Source of the DNA: a virus
Reading direction: 5' to 3' (one strand)
DNA length: 64,000 bases
Virus record (IMG/VR): IMGVR_UViG_3300017731_001834
Coordinates: 7,823 to 71,822 of that record
This document shows, one piece after another, positions 9,325 to 20,141 of the stretch. Position 1 is the first letter of the stretch. Each line of letters opens with the position of its first letter. The notes beneath the pieces are model-generated. The model made no database searches and had not been told where the DNA came from. It worked only from the letters and a program-made list of their open reading frames with translations. The translations under genes and the position numbers were made by a program.

Positions 9325-12248
9325 TGTCATTTCTAAAACCAATCAATAAAAAAATACAAAAAAGACTTTTTCAAAAAATGAGAATATTAGGTCGTGAGGG
9401 TAACTCACCTAATGCGACAGTTAATGTAGATGGACTATCACTTGATAAAATGGCTACAAGGAGCACTTTTATCAGAATGACATCTGGACTTAGAGAGCCT
9501 ATTGTTTTAATGGGTGGTGAATTGGTGGAAACGGCTGATGAAAATTTCAATATACAACGTGATACTGCTCAAGGTTATGATGAGATATATGGGCCAAGAC
9601 CATATCTAACGTATGATTTACAAATTAAGGGAGAAAACAAGTTTCGACGACCGATGCCAGGTATCAAATCCCTTGATGCACAATTTCTCGGTGGTAACAA
9701 AGCTTTAAGACAAGCAACAATCAATTGGACTTGTTGGTCATTTGAGGATATAGATAGGCTGACCCCACACTTTTTATCCGTTGGTAAGACGGTGTGTGTA
9801 GAATGGGGTTGGGTCTATGGTAATAATGGTCTTAGAAATGTAAGAGGTTTCATAGGGCCAAATGGTATTAGAAAATCAGCTTATGAAAATTATCGAGAGG
9901 TAGTAAATGGTATGAAAGGGGATATCGACATGATGGTTGGTATCGTCAAGAATTTTGAATTTAATACGAGGTCTGATGGTGGTTTTGATTGTACTACGAC
10001 ACTTACTAGCGTTGGTAGTGATATGTTAAAGAAACCAGCACCCGCTAAAGGGGCAACCAACATGACTGTTAGATTAAATGCTAAAAAAGGTGAAACCGCT
10101 AAGGAACTAAAAGAAAAAATAGAAAGTGATAACGTAGAAAAGAATGAAGTAGAGATAACTTTAAAAAATATGATATCAGAGATTGATGAGTTCTTGTTAG
10201 ACCAAATATCAACATTTAACACTAAAGGAGCAGCTGACGGTGGTTATGTAAAAGGAACGTCTGAGTTAAACTATAGCGGTCTCGGAAGATACAGATACGT
10301 TCGTAATTCTTTTTTGATTGATGGTAATAAATCTGCTGGTAAACCTAACGATGTTTGGGTTAGATGGGGCTGGTTTGAGGATAACATATTATCAAAATTT
10401 GAAACAATTATAGGTGGTTCAATAATCAAGTCGGAGATTAGGTCTGTGGATAATGTTTTAGATAAAATAACAGATAAAGTTATTGGTTACACGCCGACCT
10501 TAATTAGAGATGATGAAAATTTAGAAACCACAAATCCGTTTAAATTTATCCTACCAGGCAAATTTTTCCCATTAGATAAAAACGCAATTAGTGAAGCTTA
10601 TAAAAAAGCGGTGGGTGTAGAGCTCTCAGGAACATATGGAGATAAAACTAAATTAGTGGAACTGGCTACGGTTGTAAACGAAGATGATAACTTTCAACCC
10701 TTTAACGCTGCAGAGGTCAAGGGTATAGATATTGGAAGACCAGACCGTGGTGTGTTCAGAAATATTTTAATCAACACAAAATTATTAAAAGAGGCTATGG
10801 GAGTTTTAGAGGGGCCGGGTGTTGAATCATTTTCAACATTTGAGTTCTTATCAAGAATGTTTGACCTACTTAATGAGGATATTGGATTTTGGAACTATCA
10901 AATTCAAGCTGATGAAAATCAAACTTATAGATTGAAAATAGTCGATACGTTTGCCGTGGATAAGCCTATATTAGAAGCAGACCCATCAAAACCCGCGTTG
11001 GGTGACTCAACAACAAGAAGTGTGTATGACCCCTCATTAAATGAGGTCGTTAATAACGGTATATTCTATTTTCCTGTGTGGCAACATGATTCATTGGTAA
11101 AAGACCAAAACGTGAGTTGTACAATACCGAATCAACTAGCTATTTCAATAATGTATGGAGCCAACGCTCCAAAAATTAAAACAGGTGGTGCAACCGAAAA
11201 TGAGGCTAACGACGAAGAGAGTCAGGCAGCTGCAGGTATTGGTAAAGCCGCAAACGATGATGGTGACCTAAAGGATTTACAAATAGCTTTACATAAAGAT
11301 GGTTATGAAAACTACGGTCTTGATAGTACACCATTATCGGCTCCATCAGCAAACACAATTGGCCCACGACAAGATTTTGATACATATCCTGAGTATAAAA
11401 CTGGTCTTTCAAGAAAAGGGTACAAGCTTAATGTATCAATAAAAGACTTTTTTAACACAACAAGTGTTAAGGAAAGAACCGCTGATAGAAAAAAAGAAAA
11501 ACAAAAGAAGAAAGATGAAAAGATAAATGCTTCGGTTGATGCTAAATTACAATCTGACTTGGATGCACAGATATCAGCTGCTATACCAACACCCCTATTT
11601 AATAGATTAACACCTGAACAAAGGATACAGGTCTTTAAAAATGTTGAATTTAATGGTGTGAAAGTTGATGACAAAGTTCTTAATTTAAAACCACAGAGTA
11701 ATTTTGCAGAATTATATTTTACAAAATTTGATGCTGATGGTAGGATGAAACAGAACTTCATTGATAGCATCGTGTATAACGTAACATATAACACAAAAAC
11801 AAAGTCTACAAAAAAAGTTAAACAGAGTAGCACGGAGTTGGAAAAACCACTACTTCTACCCATATCTTTAGAACTATCAATTGATGGTATAGGTGGTATA
11901 TTTCCATTTGAATCATTTCATTCTACTTATCTACCAAAGAGATATCAGAAAGAGGCTTTATTTCAGATTTTCTCAGTAAATCACACGGTTGATTCTACAC
12001 AATGGACAACAACAATCGGTGGTAAAATGAGGTCTAACTTAAAAACAATTTATAAAACAGAAATAGTTGAAAACCAAGTAAAAGAAGTGCTAGACCAACT
12101 TCATGCAGCACAAGCGGCATCCTTTGCGGAGGAATTAAAAGAAAAGGTATTTGAAGATACTGATAGTGATACAAGAAAAGCTAAATTAGCAGAAAGTAGA
12201 CAAAGGCTTGTTACAGCAAATCAATCTAGCGGAGAAAATGGTGAGTGA
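9324..12248 (+). CDS. Large baseplate hub-like structural protein
   Basis: RPMPGIKS, ATINWTCWS, VEWGW, DGGFDCTT, LSIDGIGGI and VNHTVDSTQWTTTI; synteny after the LysM gene. Confidence 0.6.
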   Translation: MSFLKPINKKIQKRLFQKMRILGREGNSPNATVNVDGLSLDKMATRSTFIRMTSGLREPIVLMGGELVETADENFNIQRDTAQGYDEIYGPRPYLTYDLQIKGENKFRRPMPGIKSLDAQFLGGNKALRQATINWTCWSFEDIDRLTPHFLSVGKTVCVEWGWVYGNNGLRNVRGFIGPNGIRKSAYENYREVVNGMKGDIDMMVGIVKNFEFNTRSDGGFDCTTTLTSVGSDMLKKPAPAKGATNMTVRLNAKKGETAKELKEKIESDNVEKNEVEITLKNMISEIDEFLLDQISTFNTKGAADGGYVKGTSELNYSGLGRYRYVRNSFLIDGNKSAGKPNDVWVRWGWFEDNILSKFETIIGGSIIKSEIRSVDNVLDKITDKVIGYTPTLIRDDENLETTNPFKFILPGKFFPLDKNAISEAYKKAVGVELSGTYGDKTKLVELATVVNEDDNFQPFNAAEVKGIDIGRPDRGVFRNILINTKLLKEAMGVLEGPGVESFSTFEFLSRMFDLLNEDIGFWNYQIQADENQTYRLKIVDTFAVDKPILEADPSKPALGDSTTRSVYDPSLNEVVNNGIFYFPVWQHDSLVKDQNVSCTIPNQLAISIMYGANAPKIKTGGATENEANDEESQAAAGIGKAANDDGDLKDLQIALHKDGYENYGLDSTPLSAPSANTIGPRQDFDTYPEYKTGLSRKGYKLNVSIKDFFNTTSVKERTADRKKEKQKKKDEKINASVDAKLQSDLDAQISAAIPTPLFNRLTPEQRIQVFKNVEFNGVKVDDKVLNLKPQSNFAELYFTKFDADGRMKQNFIDSIVYNVTYNTKTKSTKKVKQSSTELEKPLLLPISLELSIDGIGGIFPFESFHSTYLPKRYQKEALFQIFSVNHTVDSTQWTTTIGGKMRSNLKTIYKTEIVENQVKEVLDQLHAAQAASFAEELKEKVFEDTDSDTRKAKLAESRQRLVTANQSSGENGE

Positions 12249-12837
12249 TTTTAGCCAAATACTAAACAACAGTGAAAGAATAATACCAAATCTACAAACA
12301 GAGTTTAAACAATTCAAGTTTTTAGATAGTGAGGGTTTCGTGCCAGCTAACGTTACCTACACAGCCTATTATACAAAAGATAAAATTAAAATATATCTGA
12401 CAGGTTTACCGACTACACCAAACAGTCGTAGGATTAAACCTGTAGTTGAGAGCGATAACTTTGTAAAATATCAAGGATTAAAAAATTTAAGCAGAGAAAA
12501 TTATCCAAAACCAAATCAAATAGCTCCAAGTAAGAGTGATTATGATGTGGGTGAATTTATTAGATACTTTTGTAAAAAAGGAAATGGTGAGGGAGATATA
12601 TTTGAGATATCAAAGGAAACGTTTGATAGTCAGAGCACCCTCTACTTATATTACGAATTATCATGGGTTATTACAGGTAAGAGGGTGGATGTAAGACAAA
12701 AAAATATTTCTACATTAAATGCTTTGTCCTTAGACCTCCCAAGAATAAAAAATTACCTTGACCCCTTACAGTATTGGAAGCCAAATAGGAATTCGGTTGA
12801 TGATGTACAAAAAAAATTATCTTTTCTAAAAAGTTAG
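12238..12837 (+). CDS. Hypothetical protein (tail-region associated)
   Basis: GGAG SD before ATG 12238; PSKSDYDVGEFIRYF...IFEIS...LSWVITG. Confidence 0.6.
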   Translation: MVSDFSQILNNSERIIPNLQTEFKQFKFLDSEGFVPANVTYTAYYTKDKIKIYLTGLPTTPNSRRIKPVVESDNFVKYQGLKNLSRENYPKPNQIAPSKSDYDVGEFIRYFCKKGNGEGDIFEISKETFDSQSTLYLYYELSWVITGKRVDVRQKNISTLNALSLDLPRIKNYLDPLQYWKPNRNSVDDVQKKLSFLKS

Positions 12838-12867
12838 TAATATTTATATAAAAATCAAGGTTATAAA

Positions 12868-13560
12868 ATGAAAATAGATGTATTAGACAAAGGATACATT
12901 GAGGTTGTTGATTCGTTAGGTGATGACCTAACACCAGTAAATGCAGCTCGTGTATCATTCGGTGGTCGCTCAGACAAATTCACAAATAAAGATAGAAAAC
13001 TATCTAAATTCTTAATCAAACACAAACACCATAGTCCTTTTAGACATCAAACCATTCAGGTCATAATAAAAGCACCAGAGTTCGTAATGAGACAATGGTA
13101 TAAACACGTCGTTGGTATTGAAACCACATCAAGTCACGTTACTAAAGACCACGCTTGGAATGAGATTAGTGGTCGTTATGTCCCTTATGATGAGTTTTAT
13201 GAACCAACAGAGTTTCGTAAACAATCAGACGATAATAAGCAGGCTAGTGATGGATTGGTAAACAATCAAGCTCACGTACAAAGGATTTGGCAAATAGGTC
13301 AGAGAGAAGCAATATCAGCATACAATGATTTACTTGAAAATGGTGTCGCTCGTGAACAAGCTCGTAGTATCTTACCACTTACAGTCTATACAAAAGTGTG
13401 GTGGACGGCATCATTCCAATCCGTAATGAACTTTATAGAACTTAGGGATGAGGCTACTTCTCAAGTAGAGATACAAGAGTATGCGAGAGCTATGAAAAAA
13501 ATTATGTTGACTTTCTTTCCAGAAACCACTAAATTATGGTTCGATGATAGTAGAGAATAA
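12868..13560 (+). CDS. thyX: FAD-dependent thymidylate synthase
   Basis: VNAARVSF, HHSPF, WNEISGRY, GVAREQARSILP, FIELR and AQ-like SQVEIQEYA. Confidence 0.92.
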   Translation: MKIDVLDKGYIEVVDSLGDDLTPVNAARVSFGGRSDKFTNKDRKLSKFLIKHKHHSPFRHQTIQVIIKAPEFVMRQWYKHVVGIETTSSHVTKDHAWNEISGRYVPYDEFYEPTEFRKQSDDNKQASDGLVNNQAHVQRIWQIGQREAISAYNDLLENGVAREQARSILPLTVYTKVWWTASFQSVMNFIELRDEATSQVEIQEYARAMKKIMLTFFPETTKLWFDDSRE

Positions 13561-14815
13561 CAAACAGATAGAGATTTTTTTAGAAAATTATAAGACAAAA
13601 GATTGCATAATCATACCCGTCGAGTCCGACTCTAATAAACATCCAAAACAAACATCTTTAAGCTTTGTTTACGTAAACACGTTTGATGATGAATACGTTC
13701 TGCCAATAAATCATAACGATTGTCTTAACATAGAGATATTGAACATGGAATCGGATACGCAAAAATATACTTATGACAAAAAAAAGTTATTGCATTTTTT
13801 AGATTTAACGAATGTAACCGACGTTAATATGTTAAACTATATGAACACAGGCTTACCAATCGAGATTGATGATTTTGATACAAACGCTCATAGTTTCTTA
13901 AAAATGAAATACTACAAGAAAGATGATGTGAATAACGTAATACCAATCATGAAGCACATCGAGAGATGTAGGAATATTGTCACCCTACTCAAAGATAAGA
14001 TTGAAAAAAACATTCAATATGTCAATTTGTCATACAATAATCAAATATTAAATGATTTACGTTATATAGAGTCAAATGGTATACAAACAACGGCTGGTAA
14101 GGTCTATAGTGAGTATAATCTGTATACCTCAACAGGTAGACCAAGTAATAGATTTGGTGGTATCAACTTTGCCGCTCTCAATAAAAAAGATGGTAGTAGA
14201 AAACAATTTGTAAGTAGATTTAAGAATGGTGTATTGGTTGAGATGGACTTTGATGCATACCATCTAAGGTTAATTGCAGATAAAATAGGCTATTCATTTC
14301 CAAAGGGTTCAGTACACGAACATATGGCTAAGTTTTATGGTGTAGGTTATGAAGAAGCAAAGACATTATCATTTCAGTATTTATATGGTTTCATCCCACA
14401 AGATGTAGTACAAATGAATCCATATTTCAGCAGAGTGGAAGATTATATAAAAAACTTATGGAGTGAGTATAATTCGAAAGAATTTATAGTATCAGATATT
14501 TATAAAAGACAGATATTTAAGAAGAATTTATCAGATATGAACGCAAATAAGTTGTTTAATTATACAATACAACTTATGGAGACAGAAAACAATATGAGAG
14601 TGTTATCAGCGTTGATACCTGAGATTAAGGATTACAAGAGTAAATTAATACTTTATTCTTACGATAGTTTTTTACTTGACTTTAATATGGAAGATGGTTT
14701 AGATTATCTGGTGAAAGTTAAGAAGATATTAGAGCAAGATGGTAAATATCCCGTAAAAGTAAGTTGGGGTATAAACTATCACGAAATGAAAGATATCACG
14801 GAGAAATTCGAATGA
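13544..14815 (+). CDS. Reduced family A DNA polymerase-like protein
   Basis: TSTGRPS; motif A EMDFDAYHLRL; motif B EAKTLSFQYLYG; motif C YSYDSFLLD; only 423 aa. Confidence 0.75.
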   Translation: MIVENNKQIEIFLENYKTKDCIIIPVESDSNKHPKQTSLSFVYVNTFDDEYVLPINHNDCLNIEILNMESDTQKYTYDKKKLLHFLDLTNVTDVNMLNYMNTGLPIEIDDFDTNAHSFLKMKYYKKDDVNNVIPIMKHIERCRNIVTLLKDKIEKNIQYVNLSYNNQILNDLRYIESNGIQTTAGKVYSEYNLYTSTGRPSNRFGGINFAALNKKDGSRKQFVSRFKNGVLVEMDFDAYHLRLIADKIGYSFPKGSVHEHMAKFYGVGYEEAKTLSFQYLYGFIPQDVVQMNPYFSRVEDYIKNLWSEYNSKEFIVSDIYKRQIFKKNLSDMNANKLFNYTIQLMETENNMRVLSALIPEIKDYKSKLILYSYDSFLLDFNMEDGLDYLVKVKKILEQDGKYPVKVSWGINYHEMKDITEKFE

Positions 14816-16776
14816 TTGAAAAAATATTAAAAGATTGGGTTAGTATTGTTGGTAAAGAGCCCGATTATAATAATGAAGACCATTTATTTGCATTAGGTTC
14901 AACGTTAACAGAGCAAGGTTGGGATTCAGATTCCATAGGTATGTTATTACAAAACTTAAGAGAAAGAGACCTTGTTAAAAATAAAGAGAGTGGTAACGTA
15001 TATCCAGTTCAAAAACACAATCCCTCGACACAAGATTTAATAAAGAAAGATGCAACAGATGATGATATTGCTAAAGCTGAAAAAGGTGAACCAATAGATA
15101 CCGATGATGATAAAAAAGACACCGAAGAAAAATCAGTTGGGTATCAATACAAAAAAATTAGTAAAGTCGATACACTTAAAGAAAAACCATTTACTGAAAG
15201 TTTAGAAACATCAGATGAAGACTTTGAAAAGGCTAACGAAAAAACAAAGACTCCAAGAACATTTAAAATGTCAGAACAATCAGAAAAAGCTTTAAGTAAA
15301 ATTCCAAGTAAATATAGAACATTATTGAATAGGGTTATGAATACAGCTGCATCAGTTAAAAATCCAAAAACAGGTAAAACTGAATCTACTAACGTAGGTG
15401 GAAAGTTAGGTTTTTTTGGCGTGGGTGCAGGTGGTGCTGGACAATCAAAAGCACAGATGGGTGAATTAATGACAATGATGTTTTCCACTTTAGATACAGA
15501 GGGTTTGTTTGGTGAAAAACAAGACGGATTACATCAAGGTGGTTTATTTCGTGATATGATAGACCATTTGGATGAATTACAAGGGCAGGGAGTAAAAACC
15601 CATATTGACTCATCTTGGGTTAGGGCAGCGATGGAAAATCGTTCAGCACTAATGGCTTACATGAGAGAGGAACAAGGTGAGGGTTATGAGGTTGTTGCAA
15701 CTGCTTGGGATGTAAGAGAAGAAGTTGAAGCGTTGGGTTTAGATTACGATAAAAAACAAAATACAACAGATATGTTTATGAAAGTTAGAGATAAAGATGG
15801 TAATGAAAAAGTTATTGAAGTTTCTCTAAAAAAAGGATTCGCAGCTAACTTATATAATGGTACAATTGGTGATGTCATAAAAAACGCTGACACAACTTTA
15901 AATGTAGACGAGTTTATTGAAAAGCAAAATAATAGTTTAGACAATAATTACGATAAAAAACAAAAACAGATAGTTTCATCTTTGAATGGTATTAGTTTAG
16001 GTAGTCAAGAATCAGAAGATATTATTGATGCAGTAGCACAAAAAATGGGTAAAGATGATTCAACACGAGGACTTATCAGAAAACAACTAGAACATTCATT
16101 ACCCAAGATACAAGAAGATTTAATATCTAATCCAGATTTAAAAATTGATAGAGATTATATTGGTAACGTTACCCAAGCAGGTGTGAAAAAGGGTAAGTTT
16201 ACAAAAGAAAAAAGAGGTGTTAACAAAATTATGCTGGCTTTATTAGAAACTGCTGGACAAGTAAATGAGAATATAGCTGGCGCCGTTCAAAAACATAGAC
16301 AGATTACAAAAGACTTTCAAGATGATGCTATAAAAGAAATTAGTAAAAATGAATCTTTTAAAGCTGCAGTGTTAGATAAATGTAAAGAAAATTTACCACT
16401 TCAAGATATTTTAGAGGGTAAAGAAATAATGGCTGCTGGACAAACACCTGTAACAAGAAAATCTTTAATAGATATGTTTGGTACTGATAATTGGGATGAA
16501 GTAAAACAGAAAACATCAGTTGATGCAGGCCCACCCCCATCATTAGTTTATAGTGGTGATATAGAGGGAAAACCACCGATAAAATTTGCAAACATAAATA
16601 TTAGAGAAGATGGTCAAGGATATAGTGGTGGACCTGGTAGTATTAAATTTGAGATTAAATTTAATAATAATTTTAGAGATAATGCAAGTAATAGCGCCGA
16701 TGATATATACACCGAGTTCAGACCTGAGGGCGGTCAGATTCCTATTAGATATAAAAAAAATAAAAAGAGTAATTAA
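14812..16776 (+). CDS. Large hypothetical protein with possible PD-(D/E)xK-fold segment
   Basis: Start reassigned to ATG 14812 (GGAG SD, ATGA overlap); QMGELM...TTDMFMKV...EVSLKK. Confidence 0.55.
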   Translation: MIEKILKDWVSIVGKEPDYNNEDHLFALGSTLTEQGWDSDSIGMLLQNLRERDLVKNKESGNVYPVQKHNPSTQDLIKKDATDDDIAKAEKGEPIDTDDDKKDTEEKSVGYQYKKISKVDTLKEKPFTESLETSDEDFEKANEKTKTPRTFKMSEQSEKALSKIPSKYRTLLNRVMNTAASVKNPKTGKTESTNVGGKLGFFGVGAGGAGQSKAQMGELMTMMFSTLDTEGLFGEKQDGLHQGGLFRDMIDHLDELQGQGVKTHIDSSWVRAAMENRSALMAYMREEQGEGYEVVATAWDVREEVEALGLDYDKKQNTTDMFMKVRDKDGNEKVIEVSLKKGFAANLYNGTIGDVIKNADTTLNVDEFIEKQNNSLDNNYDKKQKQIVSSLNGISLGSQESEDIIDAVAQKMGKDDSTRGLIRKQLEHSLPKIQEDLISNPDLKIDRDYIGNVTQAGVKKGKFTKEKRGVNKIMLALLETAGQVNENIAGAVQKHRQITKDFQDDAIKEISKNESFKAAVLDKCKENLPLQDILEGKEIMAAGQTPVTRKSLIDMFGTDNWDEVKQKTSVDAGPPPSLVYSGDIEGKPPIKFANINIREDGQGYSGGPGSIKFEIKFNNNFRDNASNSADDIYTEFRPEGGQIPIRYKKNKKSN

Positions 16777-17186
16777 TGAAGACTCAACTACTTTGCACAT
16801 TTACCCAAAAGAACAATCTAAATGATGTCGTAAACTTGGTGATTGAATGTAACACAATTGTGTTCGACAAGATTTATGTGTTTGAAAATGGTAATGATAG
16901 TAATCAACTAATATGCACGTATAACGTTGAATACGAAGAGGACTTCGTGCAAGGTAGTCACGACACAATATCCTTACACAGAAAAAAGATGACCAACACA
17001 TTATACACTATTAATGCCCTCAATGATTTAATCAGAGAGCTGAATGGTGGAAGATTAGATAAGAGCTACCAAGTAAATTGGGAAGATTATCAGAACTGCT
17101 TACTATTAACAAATGAAAATGGACTAAATAAAATACCAACTAAAATTTACACAATCGTCGATACTAAAACTTGGAATAAAAAATAG
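16776..17186 (+). CDS. Hypothetical protein
   Basis: TAATG coupling; KTQLLCTF and SLHRKK...TLYTINALN. Confidence 0.7.
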   Translation: MKTQLLCTFTQKNNLNDVVNLVIECNTIVFDKIYVFENGNDSNQLICTYNVEYEEDFVQGSHDTISLHRKKMTNTLYTINALNDLIRELNGGRLDKSYQVNWEDYQNCLLLTNENGLNKIPTKIYTIVDTKTWNKK

Positions 17187-17272
17187 TATTTACAAAAATT
17201 ACTTTATACTTATATACGAATCAACAAATGATTCCACTAAAAAATAATAAATTAAATAATAGGAGATAAAAA

Positions 17273-18019
17273 ATGGACTTAAACGCAATAAAAAATCGTC
17301 TTAGTCAACTTCAGACTACAAACAACAGAACATCAAACCTTTGGAAACCATCACCTGGTACACAGGTTGTAAGGATTGCACCTTACAAATTCAATAAAGA
17401 TAATCCTTTTATTGAATTATACTTTCACTATGATTTAGGTGGAAAGAATTATCTTTCACCAATTTCTTTTGGAAGGCCAGACCCGATTGAAGAGTTCGCT
17501 CAGAAATTGAAGTCAACTGGCTCTAAAGAAGACTATCGTCTTGGAAGAAAGATTGAAGCAAAGATGAGAACCTATGCTCCAATCGTTGTCAGAGGTGAAG
17601 AATCACAAGGTGTGAAGTTTTGGGGATTTGGTAAGACGGTTTATCAAGAGTTATTATCCATTATAGCAGACCCTGATTATGGTGATATCACAGACACAAC
17701 AAGTGGTCGTGATGTTTCTGTAGAATTCAAAACTGCAGAAGAAACAGGCGCATCGTTTCCATCTACATCAATCAGAGTTAAACCAAACATAACACCAATT
17801 ACAGAAGACGCATCGCTACTTGAGACAATCAATAATTCTCAGAAGAATATTACTGAGATTTATCAAGAACGCTCATATGATGAGTTGACAGACGCTTTAA
17901 ATGAATATCTAAACGGAAGTTCTGAAGAAGAGAAAACCGAAGAGGTAACTGAAAAAGCTCAAAGTTCAACGGATGCGAAAGCAGCAGGAGACGCATTCGA
18001 CGATTTGTTCAATAGTTAA
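17273..18019 (+). CDS. Single-stranded DNA-binding protein (T4 gp32-like)
   Basis: LWKP, PFIELYFHY, WGFGKTVYQ, YGDITD..GRD and an acidic tail AFDDLFNS; upstream of recA. Confidence 0.85.
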   Translation: MDLNAIKNRLSQLQTTNNRTSNLWKPSPGTQVVRIAPYKFNKDNPFIELYFHYDLGGKNYLSPISFGRPDPIEEFAQKLKSTGSKEDYRLGRKIEAKMRTYAPIVVRGEESQGVKFWGFGKTVYQELLSIIADPDYGDITDTTSGRDVSVEFKTAEETGASFPSTSIRVKPNITPITEDASLLETINNSQKNITEIYQERSYDELTDALNEYLNGSSEEEKTEEVTEKAQSSTDAKAAGDAFDDLFNS

Positions 18020-18040
18020 TCTTAAAAATCGGAGAAAAAT

Positions 18041-19132
18041 ATGTCTACAAGAGACGAATTGGCTGGTGTCTTAGCGGATACCATAAACAAACAATTCAAG
18101 GATATGAAGGTTGCTTACTTCCTTGATGGTAGTGATACTACACCCACCGACATAAAAGATTTTGTGTCAACTGGTTCTACAATGTTAGACCTAGCAATAT
18201 CAAATAAACCAAATGGTGGTATTGCGGTCGGTAGAATCACCGAACTAAATGGACTTGAGAGTAGTGGTAAGTCACTAATCGGAGCTCATATGTTAGCGGA
18301 GACGCAGAAGAAAGGTGGTGTTGCAGTTTACATCGATACCGAAACAGCTGTTAGTACAGAGTTTCTATCAGCTATTGGAGTCGATACAGATAGTATGTTA
18401 TATCTACACTTAGAAACAGTAGAAGACATATTTCATGCAATCGAAGAGATTGTCGCAAAAGTAAGAGAGAGTGATAAGGATAGGTTAGTAACTATACTTG
18501 TTGACTCACTCGCCGCCGCATCCACCAATGTGGAGATGGAATCCGACTTTGATAAAGATGGTTGGGCTACATCCAAAGCGATTATCATTTCGAAAGCAAT
18601 GCGTAAGATTACCCAAATGATTGGGAGACAACAAATAGCTTTAGTTTTCACTAATCAGTTGAGACAAAAGTTAGGTGTAATGTTTGGAGACCCTTGGACA
18701 ACAAGTGGTGGAAAAGCACTACCATTCCATTCATCAACACGTATCAGATTAAAGAATACAGGTCAGATTAAAGATAAAAAGAATAATACTATCGGTATGA
18801 AGATGAGAGCTCAGGTCATTAAGAATAGACTTGGCCCTCCAATGAGACACGCCGATTTTGAACTTTACTTTGAAACTGGCATAGATGATGATGGAAGTTG
18901 GCTTAAGGTAATGAAAGACCATAGACTCGTAAAGCAGGGTGGTTCATGGTATACCATGGACAATCACAAAGGTAAAGAGGTTAAGTTTCAATCTAAGGAT
19001 TGGAGTGAACTTCTAAAAGATGAAGAGTTTAGGTCACATTGTTATGACTTAATCTGTAGCAAGGTAATCCTTAAATACGAAAAAAACTTTGGCATTGATG
19101 ATGTTGTTATTGAAGAGGAGATGAGTGAGTAA
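18041..19132 (+). CDS. recA: RecA/UvsX recombinase
   Basis: STGSTMLDLA, GRITELNGLESSGKS, YIDTE, VDSLAA, FTNQLR, TTSGGKALPF and KNRLGPP. Confidence 0.92.
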   Translation: MSTRDELAGVLADTINKQFKDMKVAYFLDGSDTTPTDIKDFVSTGSTMLDLAISNKPNGGIAVGRITELNGLESSGKSLIGAHMLAETQKKGGVAVYIDTETAVSTEFLSAIGVDTDSMLYLHLETVEDIFHAIEEIVAKVRESDKDRLVTILVDSLAAASTNVEMESDFDKDGWATSKAIIISKAMRKITQMIGRQQIALVFTNQLRQKLGVMFGDPWTTSGGKALPFHSSTRIRLKNTGQIKDKKNNTIGMKMRAQVIKNRLGPPMRHADFELYFETGIDDDGSWLKVMKDHRLVKQGGSWYTMDNHKGKEVKFQSKDWSELLKDEEFRSHCYDLICSKVILKYEKNFGIDDVVIEEEMSE

Positions 19133-20141
19133 TAAACGATATCTTTCAATGTTCGAAGAGATAAAGAAAAAAGGTGGTTCACTTGACGGTGGTGAACCCA
19201 ACGATAAGGTGCTTATTATAGATGGTCTAAATACATTTATCAGAGTATTTAGTGTTATACCAACTACTAACGAAGATGGTGTGCACGTTGGTGGAATAGT
19301 TGGTTTTCTTAAAAGCATTGGTTATGTGATAAACATGGTTAGTCCCACCAGAGTCATCATAGTGTTTGATGGTAAAGGTGGGTCTACCCGCCGTCGTAAG
19401 ATATTACCAGAGTACAAACAAAATAGAAAAACAAAATATCGTGTAAACAGAACTTATGATTTTGCATCTCAAGAGGATGAAAAACAGAATATGATTATGC
19501 AGTTACAAAGAAGTGTAGAATATTTAGATAATCTACCTGTAACAGTTTTATCGTATGATAATATTGAGGCTGATGATACCATCGGTTATTTAGCAGAACA
19601 AGCTTTACCAAAATCAGAAGTGATAATTATGTCGACTGATAAAGACTTTCTTCAGTTAGCAAATGGTCGTGTGAAAATATGGAGTCCCACTAAGAAGAAG
19701 ATGTACAATGATAAATCAGTTTTTGAAGAGTTTGGTATATTTTCAAAGAACTATATATGGTACAGAGTCTTAGATGGTGACAAGTCAGATAACATACCTG
19801 GCGTTAAGGGTTTAGGTTTAAAAACAATTAAAAAAAAGTTGCCATTTTTGGCAGATAGTGTGATATGTAATATAGATGATATCATCGGAGTTTTACCAGA
19901 ATCAAAAGAAATCATCGAACGTAATTATAAATTAATGCAGTTACATGAAGTAGACATATCTGGTAATACGAAAACAAAGATAGTACAAAGAATAAATGAA
20001 CCAATAAATCAGTTGGTTAAGTATAAGTTTGAAAAGATGTTTTTAGAGGACAAACTATTTACTGCTTTACCAAATCTAAATACGTGGTTATTAACTAATT
20101 TTAATCAATTAAATCGGTACGCAAAGAAAACACATGAGTGA
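19125..20141 (+). CDS. 5'-3' exonuclease / flap endonuclease (T4 RNase H-like)
   Basis: LIIDGLN, VFDG, EYKQNR, EADD, STDKDFLQ and GDKSDNIPGVKGLGLKT. Confidence 0.9.
   Translation: MSNKRYLSMFEEIKKKGGSLDGGEPNDKVLIIDGLNTFIRVFSVIPTTNEDGVHVGGIVGFLKSIGYVINMVSPTRVIIVFDGKGGSTRRRKILPEYKQNRKTKYRVNRTYDFASQEDEKQNMIMQLQRSVEYLDNLPVTVLSYDNIEADDTIGYLAEQALPKSEVIIMSTDKDFLQLANGRVKIWSPTKKKMYNDKSVFEEFGIFSKNYIWYRVLDGDKSDNIPGVKGLGLKTIKKKLPFLADSVICNIDDIIGVLPESKEIIERNYKLMQLHEVDISGNTKTKIVQRINEPINQLVKYKFEKMFLEDKLFTALPNLNTWLLTNFNQLNRYAKKTHE

Noticed and set aside
1187-12248. Extracellular contractile injection system or tailocin
   Set aside because: The tail genes are contiguous with a complete T4-like replisome and nucleotide metabolism genes, which fits a lytic phage genome.
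17187-17272. AT-rich unstructured gp32 leader as an autoregulatory operator
   Set aside because: Plausible by analogy with T4 gene 32, but indistinguishable from the AT-rich background, and no upstream pseudoknot was found.
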